A stretch of 64,000 nucleotides of DNA. Origin: an uncultured Candidatus Rokubacteria bacterium. GTDB lineage: Bacteria > Methylomirabilota > Methylomirabilia > Rokubacteriales > DASRDR01. The position numbers and the translations under genes are program-made. The notes beneath the pieces were generated by a model. It searched no databases, was not told the origin of the DNA, and saw nothing but the letters and a program-made list of their open reading frames with translations. The stretch is taken from the NCBI GenBank assembly GCA_963826115.1, contig CAWGVS010000012.1, positions 544,001-608,000 of the forward strand, written 5' to 3'. Positions 1 through 12,507 of this stretch are shown here, one piece after another (positions within the stretch are counted from its first letter, which is position 1; each line of letters opens with the position of its first letter).

Positions 1-408
1 ATCGAGGAGATCGGACGGCGCGGTGAGGTCGCGTCCCGCGTCGGCCGGCGTGACGACCACCAGCACGTTGCGCGCGAACGCGCGCCGCGTGTCGCGGAGG
101 ATCAGCCCCTTCTGCTCGAGGTCGTCCATCTGGCGCGTCGCCGCCGAGACGAACACGTCGATCGGCGCGCCGGCCTCGATCTGCTTCTGGAGGTCGCCGG
201 ACGCGCCGAAGTTGTAGCGGAGCGTCACCCCGGACTGGCGCGCGGCAAAGCCGCGCCCCAGGGTCTCCACGGCCTCCTTCATCGAGATGGCGACGGAGAG
301 CGTCAGCTCCTGGGCCGAGGCCGCCGCCGGTCCGCCGAGCGCCAGGAGCGCGGTCGCCGCGAGGGTCGCAAGTCCGCGCAGCCCGCCGCGGGGACGGCGC
401 CGCCTCAT
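1..408 (-). CDS. modA: Molybdate ABC transporter substrate-binding protein (3' part outside window)
   Basis: Manual translation: signal peptide, then ELTLSVAISMKEAVE..YNFGASGDLQKQIEAGAPIDVFVSAA; ATG overlaps the tupA stop (ATGA). Confidence 0.9.
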   Translation of the reverse strand, partial: MRRRRPRGGLRGLATLAATALLALGGPAAASAQELTLSVAISMKEAVETLGRGFAARQSGVTLRYNFGASGDLQKQIEAGAPIDVFVSAATRQMDDLEQKGLILRDTRRAFARNVLVVVTPADAGRDLTAPSDLLD

Positions 409-1247
409 TTCCCGAGGTCCTCTTCCCGCTGGCCCGCTACCGGGACGAAGAGCGCCTGGCCGTACTTGTCCACGCCGAACGTCCGGACCACGTCTTGGAT
501 GGCGGGGGACACCATGAAGTCGGCGAAGGCCTTGCCGGCGGCCGCGTTCACTCGCGGGCCGTTCGCCGGGTTGACCTCCATGACGGAGTAGATGTTCAGG
601 AGCGGCCGGTCCTTCTCCACCAGGATCGGCAGGTCGACACGCTTCTGGAACGCGAGGAACGTGCCGCGGTCGGTGAGCGTGTAGGCCCGGCGGTCGGTGG
701 CGATGCCCAGCGTCGCCCCCATCCCCTGGCCGGACTCGATGTACCAGGGCGCCTTCGGCTCGACGCCCGCCTGCTTCCAGAGGGCCTGCTCGAGCAGGTG
801 GGTGCCCGACTTGTCGCCCCGCGACACGAAGCGCGCCTCCCCGGCCGCGACGCGCCGGAGGGCCTCGGCCGCCGGCTGGCCCTTGATCCGCGCCGGGTCC
901 TCGGCGGGGCCGATCACGACGAAGTCGTTGTACATGACGAGGCGGCGGTTCAGCATCTTGCCTTCCTCGACGTACTTCTTCTCGAGCGCGGGGGCGTGGG
1001 CGAGCGTGACGTCGGCCTCGCCGCGGGCCGCGAGCGCCAGGGCCTGGCCCGTGCCCACCGAGATCGTCTTGACCGAGTAGCCCGTGGCCTGCTCGAACAT
1101 CGGCACCAGGACGTCGAGGAGCCCCGAGTCCTGCGTGCTGGTCGTCGTCGACAGGATGAGCGTCCGGGAGGCCGGCGCCTGGGCGGCGGCGGCCCCCGCG
1201 GCCACCAGGATCGCCAGGGCGGCAAGGACGAGTCGGCGTCGCGTCAT
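405..1247 (-). CDS. tupA: Tungstate ABC transporter substrate-binding protein
   Basis: TTTSTQDSGLLD, VGTGQAL, SRGDKSGTH and YIESGQGMG motifs; signal peptide from ATG 1247. Confidence 0.9.
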   Translation of the reverse strand: MTRRRLVLAALAILVAAGAAAAQAPASRTLILSTTTSTQDSGLLDVLVPMFEQATGYSVKTISVGTGQALALAARGEADVTLAHAPALEKKYVEEGKMLNRRLVMYNDFVVIGPAEDPARIKGQPAAEALRRVAAGEARFVSRGDKSGTHLLEQALWKQAGVEPKAPWYIESGQGMGATLGIATDRRAYTLTDRGTFLAFQKRVDLPILVEKDRPLLNIYSVMEVNPANGPRVNAAAGKAFADFMVSPAIQDVVRTFGVDKYGQALFVPVAGQREEDLGK

Positions 1248-1338
1248 GCGTGGCTTCCTCCTTGGGAGACCAGTATGACCGAGACCGGGCGGCCCGGGCA
1301 GGCCCGATCCGGGCCCGGCCGGGCCGCGCGGCCAGCCG

Positions 1339-2265
1339 TCAGGCCACCTCGCCGAGGACGCGCCCGGTCCGCGTCCAGTCGTACCCACCGAGCCGCTCCA
1401 GCCCGCGCCGGAACCGCTCCGAGCGGACGGCCTCGAGGAGGGTCTGGACGGGCGGCTCGAAGAACCGGGCCTTCGGGATCACGAGGTCGAACCGCTCCCG
1501 CGCGAGCGGCACGAAGCCGAGGCTCACGGCCCCCGCCACCGCGCGGGTGGCGATGCCGACGTCGGCCTCGCCCCGGACGATCCGGAGCGCCACCGCCCAG
1601 TGCGTCGACACCTCCTCGCGGTAGCCGACGACGCTCGCCTCCTCGATCCCGACGGCGGCGAGGGCCTGGTCGGTGAACGCGCGCGTCGCCGAGCCGGGCT
1701 GGCGGTTCACGAACCGGAGGCCGCGCCGGGCGAGGTCCGGCACGCCCGCGAGCTTGCGCGGATTGCCCGTCCAGACCAGGAGCCCGAGCTCCCGAGCGAA
1801 GGCGTGGACGAGCACGGCCGGGTGACCCGCCAGCCCGCGGGTGACGGGCGAGAGGTCGGGATCCCCGGCGGCGGGCTCGACGAGGGCACACGCCGCCACG
1901 TCGGCCCGCCCCTGCCCGAGGGCGGTCAGCCCGCCCAGCCGCCCGACGGTCGCGACGAAGAGGAGCGGGTGGCCGGCCTGGGCGCGGAGCGCATCGGGGA
2001 GGATCGCGAGCGCCGGGTCGTCGCTGCCCGCGAGGAAGAGATTGCCCGACGGGAGCGCCGGACCGGCCGCCGGCTCCCCCTGACTCCGGGCGCGCCCGCG
2101 CGCGCTCGTCTCGATCCACTCGTCGAGCAGCTGGACCGGAAAGAGCCACTTCCCCGTGACGCGGCTCGCGGGAATGCCACCGCGCTGGGCGAGGAGATAC
2201 ACCGAGCGGGGATTCAGCCGGAGGTAGCGGGCCGCCTCGGCCACCGTGAGGAAGCGTGGCTCCAT
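1339..2265 (-). CDS. Excisionase-type HTH + PBP (molybdate-binding-like) domain transcriptional regulator
   Basis: N-terminal LTVAEAARYLRL..IPASRVTGKWLF; C-terminal FVNRQPGSATR..GEADVGIA..ERFDLVI. Confidence 0.85.
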   Translation of the reverse strand: MEPRFLTVAEAARYLRLNPRSVYLLAQRGGIPASRVTGKWLFPVQLLDEWIETSARGRARSQGEPAAGPALPSGNLFLAGSDDPALAILPDALRAQAGHPLLFVATVGRLGGLTALGQGRADVAACALVEPAAGDPDLSPVTRGLAGHPAVLVHAFARELGLLVWTGNPRKLAGVPDLARRGLRFVNRQPGSATRAFTDQALAAVGIEEASVVGYREEVSTHWAVALRIVRGEADVGIATRAVAGAVSLGFVPLARERFDLVIPKARFFEPPVQTLLEAVRSERFRRGLERLGGYDWTRTGRVLGEVA

Positions 2266-2275
2266 CCCAGGGCCA

Positions 2276-2315
2276 AGATTAGCACTCAGATCAAATTAGA
2301 TCAAAATGAATCATA
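2276..2315 (-). promoter_or_regulatory. sigma70-type promoter (TTGATC-N17-TAATCT) overlapped by three 10-bp direct repeats
   Basis: AT-rich island in GC-rich DNA; + strand TCAGATCAAA/TTAGATCAAA/ATGAATCATA at 2286-2315; -10 lies ~10 nt from ATG 2265. Confidence 0.65.
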
Positions 2316-2395
2316 TACACTCATTAATAGTACATCTTAGGGGAGGGGTGTCTCGCCTCTCGAGAAGAGCGGGGGACCGCCGGATTCCGGGGCTC

Positions 2396-4006
2396 TTAGC
2401 GGGCCGGGATGAGGACGCGGCCGGTCGGTCGCGCGTGGAAGCGCCCGGCCTCGAGGACGGCGCCGCCGTTCACCCAGACCCAGTGGATTCCGGCCGGGTA
2501 GCGGTGCGGCGCCTGATAGGTGGCGAGATCGTCGACGGTCCGAGGATCGAAGACCACCACGTCCGCCACGGCGCCCGGACGGAGCACCCCCCGGTCGCCG
2601 AGGCCGAGCCGCGCGGCCGACTGGCCGGTCATCTTGTGGACGGCGGTCTCCCAGTCGAGGACGCCGCGCTCCCGGACGTAGGTCCCCAGGACTTTCGCGA
2701 AGCACCCGTGCTGGCGGGGGTGGGGCTTCCCGGCGTGGGCCTCCTCGGGCCCCGCGCAGAGGCCGAGGTTGTCGGAGCCGATGGTGACGTGGGGGAACTG
2801 GAGGCCCCGGGCGACGTTGGCGTCCAGCATGAGGAAGTTGATCATGGACACCTGCCCCTCGGCCTCGAGGAGAAGCCCGATCAGGACATCCTCGGGGGCC
2901 GCGCGTCGGGCGACGGCGACCTCGGCCATGGTCTGCCCCTCGACGCCCGGCACGCGGGGACACTCCGCGACCATGACGTCGGACCACGCCACGGGACCGT
3001 TCGGCCCGTTCCACTCCCCCTCCGCCGCCCGGCCCCCGTCGAGGATGCGCCGGCGCGCGGCGCCGTCGGCCAGCCGGGCGAGGAGCGCCGGCATGCCGCC
3101 TTCGTGCGCCCACGTGGGGAGGAGACTCGCCAGCGTGGTCGACCCGGCCGTGTAGGGGTACATGTCCGCCGTCACGTCGATGCCTCGCGCGCGCGCCGTC
3201 TCGATCGTCCGGAGAGCCTCGCCCATCTTGGGCCAGTTGGCCTTCAGACACGCCTTGAGGTGCGAGACCTGGACCGCCACGCCGCCCTCGTCGCCGATCC
3301 GGATCGCCTCGGCCAGCGCCGCCTCGAGCGTCGGGCCCTCGCCGCGAATGTGGGAGCTGTAGAGGCGGCCCGGCCGGCGCCCCGCCACGCTCGCGAGGGC
3401 GATCAGCTCGGCCGTGTCCGCGTAGACGCTGGGCGCGTAGATGAGCCCGGTGGACAAGCCGAAGGCCCCGGCGTCGAGGGCCTCGTCGAGGAGGCCTTCC
3501 ATGTGGCGCGCCTCGTCGAGGGTGGGCGGCCTCTGCTCGAAGCCCATCGCGGCGATCCGGAGGGTCCCGTGGCCGACAAAGGGGACGACGTTCCCGGTGA
3601 GCCCGGCCTGCCGCAACCGGTCGAGCCACGAGCCGAAGCTCGTCCAGTCCCAGTCGAGGTGGGGCGAGAGGAAGGCAGCCCACTCGCGCAGGAGCCCGCC
3701 ACCCGGTGGGGCCGGCGCCGGCGAGAAGCCGCACATGCCGGTCACCTCGGTCGTGACCCCCTGGCGGATCTTCGCCTCGGCCGACGGGTAGGCGAGGAGG
3801 GCGAAGTCGGAGTGCGCGTGCATGTCGATGAAGCCGGGCGCCACCACCCAGCCGGTGGCGTCGACGACGCGCGCCGCCTGGTCGGCGGGCAGGTCCGGTG
3901 CGACGGTGGCGATGCGGTCCCCGGTGAGCGCGACGTCCGCGCGCCGGCCCGGGGCGCCGGTCCCGTCGATGACCGTCCCGCCCCGGATGAGCCAGTCCAC
4001 GGCCAC
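2396..4006 (-). CDS. D-aminoacylase (N-acyl-D-amino-acid deacylase)
   Basis: [33 protein letters not shown] and HPRQHGCF motifs. Confidence 0.88.
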   Translation of the reverse strand: MAVDWLIRGGTVIDGTGAPGRRADVALTGDRIATVAPDLPADQAARVVDATGWVVAPGFIDMHAHSDFALLAYPSAEAKIRQGVTTEVTGMCGFSPAPAPPGGGLLREWAAFLSPHLDWDWTSFGSWLDRLRQAGLTGNVVPFVGHGTLRIAAMGFEQRPPTLDEARHMEGLLDEALDAGAFGLSTGLIYAPSVYADTAELIALASVAGRRPGRLYSSHIRGEGPTLEAALAEAIRIGDEGGVAVQVSHLKACLKANWPKMGEALRTIETARARGIDVTADMYPYTAGSTTLASLLPTWAHEGGMPALLARLADGAARRRILDGGRAAEGEWNGPNGPVAWSDVMVAECPRVPGVEGQTMAEVAVARRAAPEDVLIGLLLEAEGQVSMINFLMLDANVARGLQFPHVTIGSDNLGLCAGPEEAHAGKPHPRQHGCFAKVLGTYVRERGVLDWETAVHKMTGQSAARLGLGDRGVLRPGAVADVVVFDPRTVDDLATYQAPHRYPAGIHWVWVNGGAVLEAGRFHARPTGRVLIPAR

Positions 4007-4040
4007 GGCGGGACTCAGGCCGGCCCGGTGCCGGCGCGGG

Positions 4041-4565
4041 TCAGGGCTTCGGCTCCTCGATCTTGACGCTCTTCATCTTGTCGCCCGGCTTGATCCGGTC
4101 CACGACGTCCATGCCGGCCGTGACCTGTCCGAAGATCGTGTAGTTGTTGTCGAGGTGCGGCGCCGGGGCGAAGCAGATGTAGAACTGGCTCCCCGCCGAG
4201 TCGGGGGACTGGGAGCGGGCCATGGCCACCGTCCCACGGAGGTGCTTCCGCTTGTTGAACTCGGCCTTGAGCTGGTACCCGGGGCCGCCCGTCCCATCGC
4301 CCTTCGGATCCCCGCCCTGGGCGACGAAACCCGGCACGATCCGGTGGAACGTGAGCCCGTCGTAGAAGCCCTTCTTGCTGAGCGTGATGAAGCTCTCCAC
4401 CGTCTTCGGCGCGTCCTCCGGGTACAGCTCGATCCGGATCTCGCCGCCCTTGTCCATGGTGATCACCGCGGTCGGATGCATCCGTTGTTGCCCCTCCGCG
4501 CCGCCCGGCATCGCCGGGAGCGCCGTCACGAGTCCCCAGAGCACGAGCGATCGCCACCGTCGCAT
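4041..4565 (-). CDS. Cyclophilin-type peptidyl-prolyl isomerase, exported
   Basis: [35 protein letters not shown]; signal peptide. Confidence 0.93.
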   Translation of the reverse strand: MRRWRSLVLWGLVTALPAMPGGAEGQQRMHPTAVITMDKGGEIRIELYPEDAPKTVESFITLSKKGFYDGLTFHRIVPGFVAQGGDPKGDGTGGPGYQLKAEFNKRKHLRGTVAMARSQSPDSAGSQFYICFAPAPHLDNNYTIFGQVTAGMDVVDRIKPGDKMKSVKIEEPKP

Positions 4566-4628
4566 GTCGGCCTCCTCCTCCCCGCCGAAGCGCCGGCCAT
4601 TCTACCCCATCTGCTACACTGGAGGGAC

Positions 4629-6428
4629 ATGGAGACTCGGCCCGACCTCCGCAATGTCGCCATCATCGCGCACGTCGACCACGGCAAGACGACCCTGGTC
4701 GACGCGATGCTCTGGCAGGGCGGCATCTTCCGCGCGAACGAGTCCGTGCCCGAGCGGATCATGGACTCGATCGACCTCGAGCGGGAGAAGGGCATCACGA
4801 TCATGGCCAAGAACACCGCGATCACCTATCGCGGCCTGAAGATCAACATCGTCGACACCCCCGGGCACGCGGACTTCGGCGGCGAGGTCGAGCGGACGCT
4901 GACCCTGGTCGACGGCGTCCTCCTGCTGGTCGACGCCGCGGAGGGGCCGCTCCCCCAGACCCGGTTCGTGCTGCGGAAGGCGCTCGAGGCGGGGCTCCCG
5001 CCGGTGGTCGTGATCAACAAGATCGACCGCGCGGACGCGCGGCCCGCCCAGGTGCTCGACGAGATCTACGACCTGTTCATCGACCTCGAGGCCGACGAGA
5101 GCCAGCTGGACTTCCCGGTGCTGTACACCGACGCCCGGCGCGGCACCGCCACCCGCCGCCTCGACGAGCCCGGCCGCACCCTCGAGCCCCTGTTCGAGGC
5201 GCTCCTCGCCACGGTGCCCGCCCCCCACTACGACCCCACGATGGGGCTCCAGCTCCGCGCGGCCAGCCTCGACTGGGACGACTACGTCGGGCGGCTCGTG
5301 ATCGGCCGCGTCACCAACGGCACGATCCGAGCCACCGACCGCGTCGCGGTCGTCCGCCGCTCAGGCGCCGTCGAGCCCGCCAAGCTGACGGTGGTCTACG
5401 TGTACGAGGGCCTCCGGCGGGTCGAGGTGGCCGAGGCCGGCCCCGGAGAGATCGTCGCGGTCGCGGGCATCGAGGCGATGGACATCGGGGAGACGCTCGC
5501 CGATCCGGAGCGGCCGGTCGCGCTCCCGCCGATCCACATCGACGAGCCGACGGTCGCCATGCTGTTCTCGTCGAACGTGTCGCCGTTCGCGGGGCGCGAC
5601 GGCAAGTTCGTCACGTCCCGGCACCTCCGCGAGCGCCTCTTCAAGGAGGCGCGCACCAACGTGGCCATCCGGATCGAGGAGACCGACACGCCGGACACGT
5701 TCCGCGTGTCCGGGCGCGGCGAGCTCCAGCTCGCGATCCTGATCGAGATGATCCGGCGCGAGTCGTACGAGCTCGAGGTCGGGCAGCCCGAGGTCATCAC
5801 GCGGACGGAGGACGGCCAGCTCCTCGAGCCCATGGAGCACCTCGTCGTCGACTGCCCCGAGGACTACATCGGCGTCGTCACCCAGAAGGTCGGGGGGCGC
5901 CGCGGCCAGATGGTCAAGATGACGAACCACGGGACGGGCCGGGTGCGCCTGGAGTACCGGATCCCCGCGCGGGGTCTGATCGGCTACCGCTCGGAGTTCC
6001 TGACGGACACGCGCGGCACCGGGCTCCTCAACCACCTGTTCGACGGCTGGGCGCCCTGGCACGGGGAGATCCCGCGCCGGACGACGGGCGCCCTCGTGGC
6101 GGATCGCGAGGGCCGCGCGACCGGCTACGCCATCGACCACCTCCAGCCGCGCGGCACCTTCTTCGTGCGACCGGGCGATCCCGTCTACGAGGGCCAGGTC
6201 GTCGGCGAGCACGTCCGGGAGAACGACCTCGACGTGAACGTGACGAAGGAAAAGAAGCTGACGAACATGCGCGCGTCCACCTCCGACGAGGGCATTCGCT
6301 TGGCGCCGCCGCGCGTCCTGAGCCTTGAGCAGTGCCTCGAGTGGATCCGGGACGACGAGCTGCTCGAGGTGACGCCGACCGCCTTGCGCATCCGCAAGAA
6401 AGCGCTGGTTGCCCGGCGACGCTTCTAG
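4629..6428 (+). CDS. typA: Translational GTPase TypA/BipA
   Basis: [27 protein letters not shown] and [11 protein letters not shown]; GGAGGG RBS before ATG 4629. Confidence 0.97.
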   Translation: METRPDLRNVAIIAHVDHGKTTLVDAMLWQGGIFRANESVPERIMDSIDLEREKGITIMAKNTAITYRGLKINIVDTPGHADFGGEVERTLTLVDGVLLLVDAAEGPLPQTRFVLRKALEAGLPPVVVINKIDRADARPAQVLDEIYDLFIDLEADESQLDFPVLYTDARRGTATRRLDEPGRTLEPLFEALLATVPAPHYDPTMGLQLRAASLDWDDYVGRLVIGRVTNGTIRATDRVAVVRRSGAVEPAKLTVVYVYEGLRRVEVAEAGPGEIVAVAGIEAMDIGETLADPERPVALPPIHIDEPTVAMLFSSNVSPFAGRDGKFVTSRHLRERLFKEARTNVAIRIEETDTPDTFRVSGRGELQLAILIEMIRRESYELEVGQPEVITRTEDGQLLEPMEHLVVDCPEDYIGVVTQKVGGRRGQMVKMTNHGTGRVRLEYRIPARGLIGYRSEFLTDTRGTGLLNHLFDGWAPWHGEIPRRTTGALVADREGRATGYAIDHLQPRGTFFVRPGDPVYEGQVVGEHVRENDLDVNVTKEKKLTNMRASTSDEGIRLAPPRVLSLEQCLEWIRDDELLEVTPTALRIRKKALVARRRF

Positions 6429-7578
6429 GGCCGCGCGGAGCCTCGTCCCGCTCGTCGGCCTCGTCCTGCTTCTCGTCCTGCCCGCCGCGCCCGCCCGGGC
6501 GCAGCCCGATCCCGAGCCGCGCGCGTACCTGGAGGTGGGCGTCGAGGCGCCGCTCAAGGGCAACGCGTCGGTCACCGGCTCGGGCTACGCCTTCTTCCTC
6601 TGGAACCAGCCGCACTTCCCGGAGCCCGATCAGTACCTCCGCGTGGTGCTGTCGCCGACCTACCTCCTCTCGGAGCTCGTGGTGGACCACTGGCCCTTCG
6701 GGCGCCACGCCGTCAGCATCGGGCTGAACGGCGGCGGCTTCCGGTTCGGACACGAGGAGTTCCGGCACGGCAGCTACCAGGCCGAGGAGTCCTTCTGGGG
6801 CCACGGCGCCGAGATGCCGATCTCCTACTACGCGGGCACGAAGCTCTTCGACAAGCTTCCCCTCCAGGGCCAGATCCGCGTCACCCCGGCGTTCGTCGTC
6901 TACCAGGACTCGTTCGACACCGACGACCGCTTCGGGTTGCCGCCGGACACCGGGCTCGTCACGGGCCGGGTGGGCCTCCGCCTCGGCGGGGTGCCGCCGG
7001 AGCTCTTGCCGAAGCTCGCGCTCGAGGCCTCGGCGTGGTACGAGGCGACGTACCGGTCCAACACCGGGACCTTCGGCCTCCCCGACCGCCCGGAACGGCT
7101 GGAGTCCCTGACGCAGCGGGCGTGGGGCCGCCTGGCCGGCGTCTTCATCCCGGCCGAGGGGCACACGCTCGACGTCACGGTCACGGCCGGCCTGTCGCAC
7201 GACGTCGACCTCCTCTCGAGCTACCGGCTGGGCAGCTCGCTCCCGTTCCGGAGCGAGTTCCCGCTGATCCTCCACGGCTACTTCGTCGAGGAGATCTTCG
7301 CCAAGCGCTTCTGGCTGGTGAACGCGTCCTACCGCTTCCCGGCGTGGCCGGGCTCGCGCAAGGTGACGCTCCGGATCGCGGCCGACATGGCGGGCGTCGA
7401 GTACGTCGACGGGCACAAGCTCCCGCGGGAGCATCTCCGCGGGGTCGGCGTGGACCTCTCGGTCGCGGTCACGCCGCGCGTGACGGTGGTCGTCGGCTAC
7501 GGCTACGGCCTCGACGCGCCCCGGAACGGGGGCTTCGGCGGCCACGAGGCCAGCGCGCTGGTCGAGCTGAAGTTCTGA
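6409..7578 (+). CDS. Hypothetical exported protein, probable outer-membrane beta-barrel
   Basis: Signal peptide, alternating aromatic/Gly strands, C-terminal ..LVELKF. Confidence 0.65.
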   Translation: MPGDASRAARSLVPLVGLVLLLVLPAAPARAQPDPEPRAYLEVGVEAPLKGNASVTGSGYAFFLWNQPHFPEPDQYLRVVLSPTYLLSELVVDHWPFGRHAVSIGLNGGGFRFGHEEFRHGSYQAEESFWGHGAEMPISYYAGTKLFDKLPLQGQIRVTPAFVVYQDSFDTDDRFGLPPDTGLVTGRVGLRLGGVPPELLPKLALEASAWYEATYRSNTGTFGLPDRPERLESLTQRAWGRLAGVFIPAEGHTLDVTVTAGLSHDVDLLSSYRLGSSLPFRSEFPLILHGYFVEEIFAKRFWLVNASYRFPAWPGSRKVTLRIAADMAGVEYVDGHKLPREHLRGVGVDLSVAVTPRVTVVVGYGYGLDAPRNGGFGGHEASALVELKF

Positions 7579-7579
7579 G

Positions 7580-9013
7580 CTAGACCGCCGGCGGCCCGGG
7601 CGGGGCGGCGGCGCCCGGGGCGGTCCCGGGCCGGCGGCGACGGCGCCGGCGGCGCGGCGCGCCCTCGGACCCGGGCGCGGGCGGGCCGGACCGGGCCGGC
7701 GCGGGGGGCGGGCTGTCCCGACGAGGCCCCTCCATCGGCCGGCCCGACGGAGGACGGCGCGGCGGGCCGCCGGGGCGCGCGCCGCGGCCCCCGAATCCGG
7801 CGCGGCGCGCCTCGCGCGCCTCGGCCGCCCGGCGGCGCTCCTCGGCCGTGGGCTTGATCTCCGGGAGGAACATGTCGTCCTCCGCCCACTCGACCTGGAT
7901 GCGCTGCCCGATGAAGCGCTCGACCGCCTCGAGCGAGAAGGCGCTCGCCTCGTCGACGAGGCTGATGGCCTTCCCCGAGGCGCCGGCGCGCGCCGTCCGG
8001 CCGATCCGGTGGACGTAGTCCTCGGCGTCCTGCGGCAGGTCCCAGTTGAAGACGTGGGTGACGTCGGGGATGTGGAGCCCCCGCGAGGCCACGTCGGTGG
8101 CCACCAGGATGCGCACGCTCCCGTCCTTGAACCCCTCGAGCGTCTTCAGGCGCTTCCGCTGGTCCACGTCGCCGCTCAGCGCGCGCGCCGCGTGGCCGTT
8201 CCGCTCGAGCCGCTCCACCAGGCGGTGGACCTCGTCCCGCGTGTTGGTGAAGATGAGGGTCCGCCCCCCCTGCTCCGCCGCGAGCAGGCCCAGCAGGAGG
8301 CCGAACTTCTCGTGGCGCCCCGCGTGATACAGCCGCTGCTCCACCCGCTCCACGGTCACCTGCTCCGGCGACACGGTGATCTGGGCCGGGTTGTTCATGA
8401 ACTCGTAGGTGAGCTCGAGGACACGGAAGGACAGCGTGGCGGAGAAGAGGAACGACTGCCGGGTCTCGGGGGGCGGAAGCCGCCGGAGGATCCAGCGGAT
8501 GTCGGCGATGAAGCCCATGTCGAACATCCGGTCCGCCTCGTCGAGGACCAGCACCTCGACCCGGGCCGGCGACCACGCCCGCTGCTTCAGGTAGTCGATC
8601 AGCCGCCCCGGCGTCCCGATGAGGAGGTCGATCGGCTCCTGGAGCGAGTCCCGCTGCTTGACGTAGTCCACCCCGCCGAAGACCAGCGCCGAGCGGAGGC
8701 CCGTGAACTCACCGAGCTGGCGCGCGTCCGCGTCGATCTGGACGACGAGCTCCCGCGTGGGCGCCATGATCAGGGCGCGCGGCGAGCCCTCGCGGGGCCC
8801 CGCCGGCGGGTGGCGGAGGAGCCGCGTGAACGTCGAGATCAGGAACGCCGCGGTCTTGCCCGTCCCGGTCTGCGCCTGCCCCGCCACGTCCTTGCCGCGG
8901 AGGGCCACCGGGAGCGTCGCTTCCTGGATGGGCGTCGCGGTCGTGAAGCCCGCGGCCTGGATGCCGGCCTGGACCTCGGCGGGCAGGTCGAGCTCGGCGA
9001 ACCGCATCGCCAT
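7580..9013 (-). CDS. DEAD-box RNA helicase (RhlB-like)
   Basis: AQTGTGKT, PTRELV, DEAD, SAT and HRIGRTAR; Arg/Pro-rich tail; start overlaps the tatC stop. Confidence 0.93.
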   Translation of the reverse strand: MAMRFAELDLPAEVQAGIQAAGFTTATPIQEATLPVALRGKDVAGQAQTGTGKTAAFLISTFTRLLRHPPAGPREGSPRALIMAPTRELVVQIDADARQLGEFTGLRSALVFGGVDYVKQRDSLQEPIDLLIGTPGRLIDYLKQRAWSPARVEVLVLDEADRMFDMGFIADIRWILRRLPPPETRQSFLFSATLSFRVLELTYEFMNNPAQITVSPEQVTVERVEQRLYHAGRHEKFGLLLGLLAAEQGGRTLIFTNTRDEVHRLVERLERNGHAARALSGDVDQRKRLKTLEGFKDGSVRILVATDVASRGLHIPDVTHVFNWDLPQDAEDYVHRIGRTARAGASGKAISLVDEASAFSLEAVERFIGQRIQVEWAEDDMFLPEIKPTAEERRRAAEAREARRAGFGGRGARPGGPPRRPPSGRPMEGPRRDSPPPAPARSGPPAPGSEGAPRRRRRRRRPGTAPGAAAPPGPPAV

Positions 9014-9783
9014 CAGGCGGCCGCGACCTTCTTGCGGCGCCCGAACAGCCGGGCGCACACGATGCCCGCCTCGTAGAGGAGCACCAGCGGGCCCGCCATC
9101 AGGAGCTGGTTGAAGGCGTCCGGCGTCGGCGTCAGGATCGCGGCCGCGACGAAGCACAGCAGGATGGCGTACTTCCGGTTCTTCGACAGGAACTCCGGCG
9201 TGACCAGTCCGAGGCGCGCGCCGAGCGTGAGCGCGAGCGGCAGCTCGAACACGAGGCCGAAGGCCAGCGCGAACTTCAGCACGAAGTCGACGTACCGGTT
9301 GACCGAGAGCGTGGGCACGAGGTTCTGGGTCTTGTAGCTCACCAGGAACTTCACCGCGAACGGGATGATGATCTTGAGGGCGAAGGTCACGCCGATGAAG
9401 AACATGAGGGTCGAGAGCACCACGAACGGGAGCGCGAACTTCCGCTCGTGCGGGAGGAGCCCCGGCGCGATGAACGCCCACACCTGGTAGAGGAGCACCG
9501 GCAGGACCAGGAACGCGCCCGCGATGAGGGCGACCTTCATGTTGACCCAGAACGGCTCCGTCGGCTCGAGGAAGACGAGCTTGACGGGCTCGACCGGCTG
9601 CGCCAGGTACGTGATGATGCGCTCGGAGAAGCTGAAGGTCGCGGCGAAGCCGATCCCCAGCGCGATGAGCGCCACCATGATCCGCTGCCGCAGCTCGCCC
9701 AGGTGGGCGAGGAACGGCATGCGGCCCTCCTCGACGTCCTGGGAGTCCGCGCCCGGGGGGAGGGCCTTCCGGAAGAACATCAC
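9013..9783 (-). CDS. tatC: Twin-arginine translocase subunit TatC
   Basis: HLGELRQR, FIAPGLLPHE, FELP and AAILTPTPD. Confidence 0.95.
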   Translation of the reverse strand: MMFFRKALPPGADSQDVEEGRMPFLAHLGELRQRIMVALIALGIGFAATFSFSERIITYLAQPVEPVKLVFLEPTEPFWVNMKVALIAGAFLVLPVLLYQVWAFIAPGLLPHERKFALPFVVLSTLMFFIGVTFALKIIIPFAVKFLVSYKTQNLVPTLSVNRYVDFVLKFALAFGLVFELPLALTLGARLGLVTPEFLSKNRKYAILLCFVAAAILTPTPDAFNQLLMAGPLVLLYEAGIVCARLFGRRKKVAAA

Positions 9784-10508
9784 TCGGCCGGATCGGGGGT
9801 CGCGCCCGACTCGCGCGGATTGACCACGAGCGTGACCTCGCCCCGGACGCCCGCGGCGGCCAGCGCCGTCCGGAGGCCGCTCGCCGACCCCCGGCGGAAC
9901 TCCTCGAACCGCTTCGTCACCTCGCGCGCGACCACGACCTCCGCCTCGCCGAAGACGGTCTCGATGGCCTCGAGCGTGGCGAGGAGACGGTGCGGGCTCT
10001 CGTAGAGCACGACCGGGCGCTCGAGGGCCGCGAGCTCGCGCAGGCGAGAGAGACGGCGGCCGGGCTTCACCGGGAGGAACCCCTCGAACACGAACCGGTC
10101 GGCGGGGACGCCCGCCGCCGACAGCGCCGCGACGAGGGCGGAGGCGCCCGGGACGGGCACCACAGGGACGCCCGCGTCGCGGCAGAGCCGGACCAGGCGG
10201 AAGCCCGGGTCCGACACCCCGGGGGTCCCGGCGTCGGTCACGAGCGCGATCCGCGCGCCGGTCTGGAGCCGGCGCAAGAGCTCGGGCCCGCGGCGCGCCT
10301 GGTTGTGCTCGAAGTACGAGACGAGCGGCGCCCGGACCCCGTACGCCTGGAGGAGGCCCCGGGTCCGCCGCGTGTCCTCGGCCGCCACGAGGTCCACCTC
10401 GCGCAGCACCCGGAGCGCGCGCAGCGTGATGTCCTCGAGGTTACCGATGGGGGTCGCGACGACGAACAGGGTGCCCGCCGGCAGCGGGGCCGGCGCCGCC
10501 GGGAGCAC
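9780..10508 (-). CDS. rsmI: 16S rRNA (cytidine1402-2'-O)-methyltransferase
   Basis: VVATPIGNLEDITLRAL, AAEDTR, DAGTPGVSDPG and YESPHR; start uncertain (GTG 10508). Confidence 0.93.
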   Translation of the reverse strand: MLPAAPAPLPAGTLFVVATPIGNLEDITLRALRVLREVDLVAAEDTRRTRGLLQAYGVRAPLVSYFEHNQARRGPELLRRLQTGARIALVTDAGTPGVSDPGFRLVRLCRDAGVPVVPVPGASALVAALSAAGVPADRFVFEGFLPVKPGRRLSRLRELAALERPVVLYESPHRLLATLEAIETVFGEAEVVVAREVTKRFEEFRRGSASGLRTALAAAGVRGEVTLVVNPRESGATPDPAE

Positions 10509-10570
10509 GCCCTCGTCGCCCGGCGCCGGCGCGGGAGCCGCCGGGACGGCCAGGGCCGATCCCGGCCCGC

Positions 10571-11821
<1,251 letters not shown>

Positions 11822-11840
11822 GCGCTCCCTCCGGGCCCGC

Positions 11841-12470
11841 CTAGCTCCGCCGGCCGTCGCCCGCCGTGGGCGCCGCCCGGAGCACCGGGGTGTGGGAGAC
11901 GATCACCTGGTCCACGATCCCGTACTCCTTGGCCTGCTCGGCGGTCATGAAGAAGTCGCGGTCGGTGTCCTTCGAGATCCGCTCCAGCGACTGGCCCGTG
12001 TGGTGCAGCAGGATCCGGTTCAGCTCGTCGCGGATGCGCAGGATCTCCCGCGCCTGGATGTCGATGTCGGTCGCCTGGCCCTGCACCCCCGCCAGCGGCT
12101 GGTGGATCATGATCCGCGAGTGGGGAAGGGCGAACCGCTTGCCCTTGGCGCCCGCGCACAGGAGCAGCGCCCCCATCGACGCCGCCTGCCCCATGCAGAT
12201 CGTCGAGACGGCGGGCTTCACGTACTGCATCGTGTCGTAGATCGCCATGCCCGCCGTCACCGACCCGCCCGGGCTGTTCACGTAGAGGTAGACGTCCTTG
12301 TCGGGATCCTCGGCCTCCAGAAACAGCATCTGCGCGATGACCAGGTTGGCCATGTCGTCTTCGATGTAGCTGGGGAGGAAGATGATGCGCTCCTTGAGGA
12401 GCCGCGAGAAGATATCGTACGCGCGCTCGCCGCGCGGCGTCTGCTCGACAACCATGGGAATGAGTGCCAC
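11841..12470 (-). CDS. clpP: ATP-dependent Clp protease proteolytic subunit
   Basis: [30 protein letters not shown] and MIHQP; AGGAGG RBS before GTG 12470. Confidence 0.98.
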   Translation of the reverse strand: MALIPMVVEQTPRGERAYDIFSRLLKERIIFLPSYIEDDMANLVIAQMLFLEAEDPDKDVYLYVNSPGGSVTAGMAIYDTMQYVKPAVSTICMGQAASMGALLLCAGAKGKRFALPHSRIMIHQPLAGVQGQATDIDIQAREILRIRDELNRILLHHTGQSLERISKDTDRDFFMTAEQAKEYGIVDQVIVSHTPVLRAAPTAGDGRRS

Positions 12471-12507
12471 AGAGCCTCCTACCCGGCCCGACGTCCCGTC
12501 GGGCGCT

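Noticed and set aside
1339-2265. Excisionase domain as evidence of a prophage
   Set aside because: It is fused to a PBP domain in a Mo/W uptake operon, so it is a regulator; no phage genes are present
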